A stretch of DNA of 64,000 nt from assembly GCA_039545335.1 (NCBI GenBank), contig BCIN01000002.1, positions 1 through 64,000 of the forward strand. The letters run 5' to 3'. Made by a program: the position numbers and the translations under genes. This document shows, one piece after another, positions 56,230 through 64,000 of the stretch. The notes beneath the pieces were generated by a model. The model was not told the origin of the DNA. It searched no databases and saw nothing but the letters and a program-made list of their open reading frames with translations. This DNA comes from Kondoa subrosea. Lineage: Eukaryota. How positions within the stretch are numbered: the stretch's first letter is position 1; each line of letters starts with the position of its first letter.

Positions 56230-57445
56230 TTACAGGGCGTAGTCATTGTTGCAAGTGTGGCGATGTGCAGACCAATCTGTCAACACTGTGAGTAGTAATT
56301 GGAATGGACAGTAGCACAGACGAACCCTTTCTTTGACATAAAGTATCACAGCTGATAGAGGATTTATATATAAGACCAGGAACTGAAAAAGGATTCGCAC
56401 ACGTACTATGAAGCGATTCTACAATTGGCGCAGTAATATACCTTTCCCGTCTTGGATGGTCCGCACGCGAAGCAAAACCTCTGAACGAAGTCTATTGTAC
56501 GTAAAGGCTTGCCAACCTTCGCTATCAGATATGCGGCCCGGAAGCTAGCCATGCGATATTTCATGCTGCCGCTTGAACCTGTGAGATCTTCGAAGTCTGA
56601 AATACCCAAAAGAACGGCCAATCGTGCCACAAGACGCAGTTGATACGTTGGAGCGGTTTCCGCCTGAGATGCGCTGACACAAGTCGGTCCGAAATCTGCT
56701 TGAGCTCGACGGATGAGCACTGTGAAGCCGCGCCGGCCTATCTTGTCCCAATCGTCAAAGGAATGCACAAGGCGGTAAAAATCATTCCACACAGCAGATG
56801 ATCTGCAGAGACCTGTATATACGCATGCAAGTGTTTCTCTTGCGATTGCGATATACAAGAGTTGGTCTTGTTCGGTTACTTGGAGTTGATCGCCTTCTGA
56901 TACAGATACGAATAGCAACAGTAGTGAAAGACGAAGCAGCGGAATTGATAAGCTAAGGAGGGTAGCTTTGCTGTGGTTCTTCATTAGTTTGGTGCCGGCT
57001 TGCATCAGATTGGCCGTAGATAGGATGTCAGCCATTTGTGGACAGAGCGATGCGTAGTTGGTAGAGGCCGATAGTGAGACCTTATTGCAGAAACTCGCGA
57101 TTGCTGTAATCCATTCCGTGAGCCGACATGAGTTTGCAGCGAAGAGAGCGCAGGCCATTTTCAGACTCTCCAAGTCCATGTCCTTTGGGAAGGCCTCTAC
57201 AATCATGTCCAACCAGTCGCAGTTCCCATTTGCTGCCTCTATACCGATTAGCCCATACAACTCTTGAGCCTGTTTCCACCTCTTGCGTGACCTAGCGCCC
57301 ATTGATATACGTTTTTACGACACTCTGATTACTTGCTGACTTGCAGTGCTACAACAAGATCCAGCTTGTTGGTGGTGTAGGTCAAGAGCATGTGGAATTC
57401 AGGCCAATGAGGTGATGCCTCAGATACGGCACGCAGATCTGCCAT
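56230..57445 (-). CDS. C-terminal MYND zinc-finger protein
   Basis: Spliced C-terminus FCFACG..YCANCRIASY|CDTLCQRK|DWSAHRHTC. Confidence 0.8.
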
Positions 57446-57692
57446 AATACGTGCAAAAGTATGATCCCATTGTATACAAATGAAAGCGACAGCCAAAGAA
57501 ACGAAAGTAAAGTCAGCTATATAGTACAAAAACAATGCTAAACAACAACATATTAATGAGCTCAAATTGGAGAAAGAGTTTGCTTCTCTCTTTTGTTATG
57601 TGCAATGTGATGCTGTTGAAGAAGAATGACAGACGAAAAACAACAGAAGGCCGACAACAACAGTTCTCCATGAATTTTGAGCAGTGAGATGA

Positions 57693-59891
57693 TTAACGTC
57701 GAGCCTGGTTCTCGGCGTTCTCCTTATCTTCCAAGTACTGTGCGATGTTCTTAGAGATGCCGAAGACATTAGTTTCTTTAGGTTTCTGTTGACGAATAGT
57801 AGGAACGAAGCCAAAGCGAGGTTGATTAGCTAATGACACAGATCAGCGTGTGACCTGGGAGGCTTTGAAGTGAGCGCTTACCACTGTGAAAACACGAAAG
57901 CAGGTCATGAGTAAAGATACTCAGGTCACGCTCAGTCGAGTCTCACCATCTGTCTTTACCACTGCAGAACAATGAGTATCGTTCATGACCTAGGGAAAGT
58001 GAACCTACTATGCAATCTTGTAGGCTGAATAATCATCGCGGTTTCTGATACCTTCAATCGCCTTGATAGCATTAGTGATGTTCGTGAAATTGACAAAAGC
58101 TACTCCACAATCAGCTTGCATTCCACTTTTTTCGTACCTTCTGTGACTCACCGCAATTCTTTTCTTGCAAAGTATTGATCAACTCAATCTCTCCGTAAGC
58201 GCCAAAATCCTTCTTCAACTTTTCTTCAGTGAAACTTTCGAAATCTTCAATTCCGCCAATATACACGTTCCTGCTTCCACCTGCATGAACAGCCATAGCG
58301 ATTCCCGCTGGTGTAGCTCCTGTAGGCTTGCCCCAACCAACTCGTAAGCGTTTGTTGCGGATTGTGATACCTTGAGAAGAAGCGAGAGTAAAGAAAGCTA
58401 GAGCTGCATTTGGATCGACGAAAGTAATGAAGCAGGCGTGACCTGTGTGGTATCTTCCCACTCAGCTACATATAGCGGAATTGAAACTTTGCACACACGT
58501 TCGGGAATATACTTAATCTCCTGTAGAACTCCGCCTCGGATAGAATTGCAAATCTCCTCCACAGTAGTTTCAGGGTTCAGATTGCTGTTGTCGAGCATGG
58601 GTTGATATCAGCATACGCTGACCATCCGCAAGCCCGCACTAACCCTAGGTAAACGTTCCGATTGCCAGGAATGTATTGAGTTTGGACATGCATCATTTGC
58701 TGTTGATTCTCAGGAGTGATGACGGGAGCGTAGGAAGTCAGAGAAGAAGTATAAGTCGCTGCCATTGCTGCTGCGGTAAGGTTGTGTTGCTGTTGATGAT
58801 GCTGATTCTTCGGAACATAAGCGCCTGTGAGAATGGACAGCCGATCGATCAGACATGATCTGAAGTAGATCGATTCGCAATGCTCACATCGATCTTTACC
58901 GAAATTAACCTTCCTTTTTGCCCATTCTGGATCATCTTGCAATTCTTCAACCACTTGGCAAGCCGTAGCAATACTCAAGAAATGAATGAATCCAATCCCA
59001 CGATCTCTCACAATCTTGACTTGATCAATCGGACCCCATTCAGAGAATTCATCCCTTAACATAGCTTCAGTGTAATGTAAACCTAAACCACCAACGAAAA
59101 CGTTTCTTGAAGCTTGTTGCGTTTTCACAGCTTCTAAAACCATAGCAGGTACAGGAGTAGGATTACCAAAACCAACTTTGAGCACTAAGTTGTGCAGAGT
59201 GATTTTTCGAATGTTTGCATCCGATTCAAAAGCTGCTGCGGTTGTTGCATCGAGGAAAGAGATGAAGGCACAAGACTTCTCTCCAATGATTCGAATGTTT
59301 TCGATCGGACCATAGCGGACTTGGTTGAGTAATTCATCGACGGATGCGGTGCACGGAAGATTGCCTGTGTGTAAACAAAACCCTCAATACCTGCAACGAT
59401 ACTTGACGATAGATCAACACACCAACATAAACTGTCCGCATGACAGCTTCATTCGGTTCAGGTAATCGAGGTGCCAATTGAGGCAAAGGAGGAGAAAGTT
59501 GATTTGGTGAAGGAGGTCCAAAAGCATTGAAAGAGCCGCTGGTAGGAGAAGGGAGAGCATTTTGCATGTGATTGTAGACGAAAGAGTGTTGATCGAAAGC
59601 TGAACGAGATGCTAGACTGCCAGAAGAGGATTCTGAAGTTGAAGGTGAAAGATCTGGAGGAAAAGTTGGAGATTGAGTTAGGAAGGAGGAAGAAGAGGAT
59701 GCGGATGAAGAAATAGGCGGTAAAAGAGGTTGCTGAGCTGCAGAGAATTGCTGAGGCCAACCATACTGATGAGCTAAAGCCGGTTGAAAAGCTTGCAAGT
59801 TTGGATCAAAGCGTTGCTTCTTTTCTGGAGATGATGGCATGAGACCAGGTGGTAAGATTGACAGAGTAAGTTCTTCCATGTTCCTTTTCAT
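57693..59891 (-). CDS. MRN1: Four-RRM RNA-binding protein, S. pombe Nrd1/Msa2 - S. cerevisiae Mrn1 family (start may lie up to ~120 nt further upstream)
   Basis: [67 protein letters not shown]. Confidence 0.9.
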
Positions 59892-60566
59892 TGCAAAGTA
59901 TTCAAAGCGCTGAGCGAAAGTCCGTTCGTATTCTGGATACAGATCTTGAGGTTGACTAACGTATGGGCCATAGTGAGTAACATATGAGGACGGCATGATC
60001 TGCAGCATCGATGATTCAGTCACGAGACAAAGCGGACAGCTACTTCAAACTCACCGAATAATATATAAAAACAAGGGAGACGAAGCAATTGCAAGAGGAA
60101 AGAAAGAAAGCGATACAGAAATGTCAGTAACAAGACGGTTGGCTGAGTGAAAGCAACCTCACGCAACAGAGTGTCAAAGCAGAGACTGCTTTTATGTAGC
60201 ACAACTTCCTGAGGCCGATTGAATGTGAGGCGTCTTTCTTTCCTATCTCCGCTTGCCTCGTTTCAGACAGCTTATCGACAGCTAGATGGAGTCTTCTTGC
60301 AGGTCCCAGTGACGCAGAACAATGTACAGAAGTTGAGGGGATATATAGTGCTACGAAATACTTTGTCGGAGCCAAGGCAAGACTCAAAGGGTATGACTAG
60401 TCAGTCGAGCTGCTGATGGATGTCAGATTGTCTATCCTGCAGTATCGAGGCAGTCGAGATGGGAATCGATGTTCGAAGGCAAGAGAGCTTTCTCGCGAAA
60501 ACAACACCGCTTTGTGTTTACCCAAATTATTATGCGCTTTAACGGTGTCTGTGTCTAGTTCTATGC

Positions 60567-62899
60567 TTAAGGAGTAGCACGCCTGTATCAATATATCAGC
60601 GAAACGAACGCGAGACTAAGCTGAGAATGACAAACTCAGTATATCTAGGGTATAAGCAGCTTTAAATCGATATCATAAGCTTCCCATTCTTGATGTACAA
60701 TAAGAAAAGACACTCACCACTCTCTAACGGTATACCTGTTAGTCAACCAAGCCAGCAGTCTTTCCACTCCCAAACCGTAACCTCCGTGTTCACAAGTTCC
60801 GTATTTCCTTTGATCCGAAAACCAATAGTAAGGTGATGGATCAATCCCTTCTCTTGCATAACCTTCCATGAGTTCAGTCATGTCCGCAATACGCATAGAT
60901 CCGCCTATCAGTAATTTCCTCTTCGCCGATCAACAACATTGATGGCTCATGAGCAGAAAAACACTGACCTGTAATCTCTCCTACATTAGGCATGAGCACG
61001 TCCACACTTTCAGTAAAAGCAGGATCTTCAGGGCATCGCTTCATGTAGAAAGCCTTGATCTCTCTGTGCAACCACGTGCGATTATAAGCTTAAAACAGTT
61101 TAGAACTGAACGTCACGCACTTGGGGAACCTCGTCAAGAAGATAGGAACGCCAATCTGATCCGTCATCTTCCTTTCTGGTGCTTCAGCAATATCATCTCC
61201 TACTACATGATGCACCGGACCATCATCTGTTTCTTTCATGATGTTGTGATCGTTGCAGTACTTTATAGCGTCTTTGTCTGTCAGTTCGTTCGTTTGGTTG
61301 AGCTATGGAAAGAGCAAAGCAAAAACGTAAACCGACAATCTAACCGCATGAATGGGCGAGCTGGTGCTTTGAAGCCTGGGTTGAGGGATTCGATCAATGC
61401 TGCTGTCACAGGGTTGGCCAGTAGTGTGTCCACGACAGAGCAGATCTGTGTGTCTTCATTCAATCAATACAACCAGAAGGCTGAGCTTGACTGATGCGAC
61501 GCACAACTTCTTCGATATGTTCCAGCATGTCATCAAAACTGATGAAAGCCAGTTCCGCTTCAACATGAGTATATTCAGAGAGATGACGACGTGTTCGACT
61601 GTGCGGCAACAGACAACATGAATCAAACAATGCTGAATACATTGCGATCGCGCGCACCTCTTTTCCGCTCTGAAACTTTCAGCGACGCAGAACACATCAC
61701 CTAAGGCAGGTAAGCATGTTTCGAGGTAGAGTTGGGAAGATTGAGTGAGGTAAGCTGGTTTGCCGTAGTAGTTGAACTCGAAGAGCGTAGATCCTCCTCT
61801 GTGACAAGTCGGCACACCCTATCAGCACATGCTGAAGAAGGAGTGCAGCCACTCACTCTACTGATGTCTGCACCATACATGGAGGAGTGACTTCTAGCAA
61901 TTCCAAGCGTTCGTACGTTGATCGGAAAGCTTGTAAAAGAGCAGCTCGAACTTTAAGGATATCCGAAGCTGTTTGTCCTCGAATGACTAGATGACGGTTG
62001 TCTGCTAATATTTCTGGACCAGCGTCCTGTACGCCGACGAAATCATGAAGCTGAAAGACAGCTCGTGACGACGAATTGCGCACCTCGTTAACTCTATTTG
62101 AGACTGCTTCGTCACCTCCTGGAGCACGACCAATAACAGACCACCAATCCGCTGTGAGTTCATGACCGTCTGGTGCTGATTTGCCAGCTGGTAAAGGTTT
62201 GATGATGCCTGTAATGACTATACTTGATTCGAGCGTTAAAGTAATTGCATCGTAACATTGTGCCTGCAATTTCATCATTAAACATATCCTGAGTATAGAC
62301 AGACGAGGACGTACCAAGTTTCCGCTGAGCACGCATTGAAGATAACCAGTTCCATCCCTCAAGACCAAGAAAGTTAAACCACCTTGCTGTCTCAATCTAT
62401 GCACCCAACCAAAGATTCTAACTCTCTTCCCTCTAGATTCAACAGCATGTTTCAGCTTGATCTTCTCCGCCGCTTCAGTGGGTTCCGACAGAACTATAGC
62501 TTTGGCATCTTGTAATTTTTTGGCTTCGAGTTCTGCTTTGCCCGAAGCGTCTGATGCTTGCTTCTGAGCTAATTCTTGCTGTCTCGCTTGCTTCTTCACG
62601 TGTTGCTCATACAACTTTTTAGCTTTTTTGACTGAGCTCGAAGTAGCTTCAGTGTAAGCAGGTGTAGGTTCTTCTGCTGTTGCTTGTTTCTTGACTAAGA
62701 CATTGATGCTTGTAGAATCACGTGCAATGTAAGCTCCAAGAACAGTAGAGTAAGGTGAGGCTTCGGTTCCTTGTCCAGCTGAATCTGAGCCTGATGCACT
62801 TTCGTCGACGTAAACTGTTTCAGACACTTTCAAGGCTGAAGTAGCAGCAGTCAAGGCTTCTTGCACTTGATCTACAGATTTCGAGAGTATAGCAGACAT
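60567..62899 (-). CDS. DED81: Cytoplasmic asparaginyl-tRNA synthetase
   Basis: [67 protein letters not shown]. Confidence 0.96.
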
Positions 62900-64000
62900 G
62901 GTGTATGCAAGTCAAGAGCTCAAATGATGCTGTTTGACTCGAAATGCGAAATGCGGTGTCGGACTTATCATGAGCTAAGGAAGTCTAGCAAGTGCATACG
63001 TAGAGCTAATAGACCTATCATACAACTGTCACCATTTCTTCACTTCATTTAGTAAATTCAAACTTGCAGTCCAATAACGGAATAGTTCTCCTTCCTCCTC
63101 CTTCTATACGTGCTAAGGCTTTGCAGCGAAACCTATTGTACGCCCATAATCAGCTCTAGATCATTCCAAACGAGAGTCATTCGATCAAGACAACAAGAAA
63201 GAGATCAGCCTCGAGAGCATCGCGTAGCGGCGATATGTAATTGCTAAGAGGTTTGCTTCTCTTTCGCCATATCCCTCGTTGCTTCTTCATCTTTTGAATT
63301 TTACCCTTTCTTCGCAAGACTGTCATGGATCAGACAAACCCAAAAGAAAAGACTTGCGCCAGAAATGTGAGTGAATGTACGCTTCGCATCCTCGTAGACA
63401 TGCAACATGGAGCTAGAGTTGTTCTACTGATAAGCGAGCTTTGATCAATGTGATCCGACATGATCAAAGAGACCAGTCATGACTGATAGATTCCTCTGAC
63501 AAATCCACCCAAACACCTGCTAGGATCTTGATGAGGTTGAGCTCTGAGGTACGGACAGATATAAGAGGAGAATATATGTAGGCTTCTGCTTTATACTTGT
63601 CCATCCGTGAAATTTCGTACGAGGAAAGCCAAATAAGAAGCCTTCTCGTGCATTCACAAAGTGAAGAACTGCACAAGATTGATCGGAACTCGCCTTTTAC
63701 AGTCTTTGAAAACCCTGTTGAAACTAGTTTAGGAAGACTCGGAATCGAGAACAAGCACATATTCCAGCACAAAGTGATTTTCAAAAGAGGTTCATTGAAA
63801 TCCTACATATGACAGCCCGTGTAGTGCAAAGAAAGAACACACAAGGCAAAAGACGGAAGCAACAAAGAAAGTCCAACTTCTCTAGCTGAAATTGCATCAT
63901 ATCTCGACAAACAAGGAAAGAGAATGGAACAGGAATGCAGTGAGGAAGATTCACCTGTGTTTCTGACGTGTAGAGTGAGCGTTGTTCAGCTTTCCATGTA

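Noticed and set aside
63040..64000. Possible 3' part of a minus-strand gene continuing beyond the window
   Set aside because: Splice-like signals are present, but I could not assemble a consistent frame or recognise a family.

Overview
Gene-dense eukaryotic DNA from a fungus, most likely a basidiomycete (inferred from ~45-65 nt GT-AG introns, frequent micro-exons, very short intergenic gaps and the protein families present). I assembled about 21 intron-split genes by reading splice sites by eye, so all exon models are manual. In order: a disrupted ATP11 beside a ~670 bp inverted-repeat-bounded segment; PCD1-type Nudix; a small sororin-like protein; KAP104; L-type lectin; FSH1 hydrolase; GCN1; a mitochondrial carrier; an O-fucosyltransferase-like protein; a ~2,100 aa unknown protein; MYND protein 1; CDC6; an unknown Pro/Ser-rich protein; an LDB/Mfg1-like regulator; LRO1; PEX1; GtaA; an SCCPDH-like reductase; alkaline ceramidase; MYND protein 2; an Nrd1/Mrn1 RRM protein; and AsnRS. 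No rRNA, tRNA or CRISPR array was recognised. The best leads are a 2-nt micro-exon that would switch the Nrd1/Mrn1 C-terminus, a hidden ~140 aa sororin-like gene, the repeat-bounded element next to a broken ATP11, a recombinase core-binding-like domain on the giant orphan protein, and two apparently paralogous MYND proteins.
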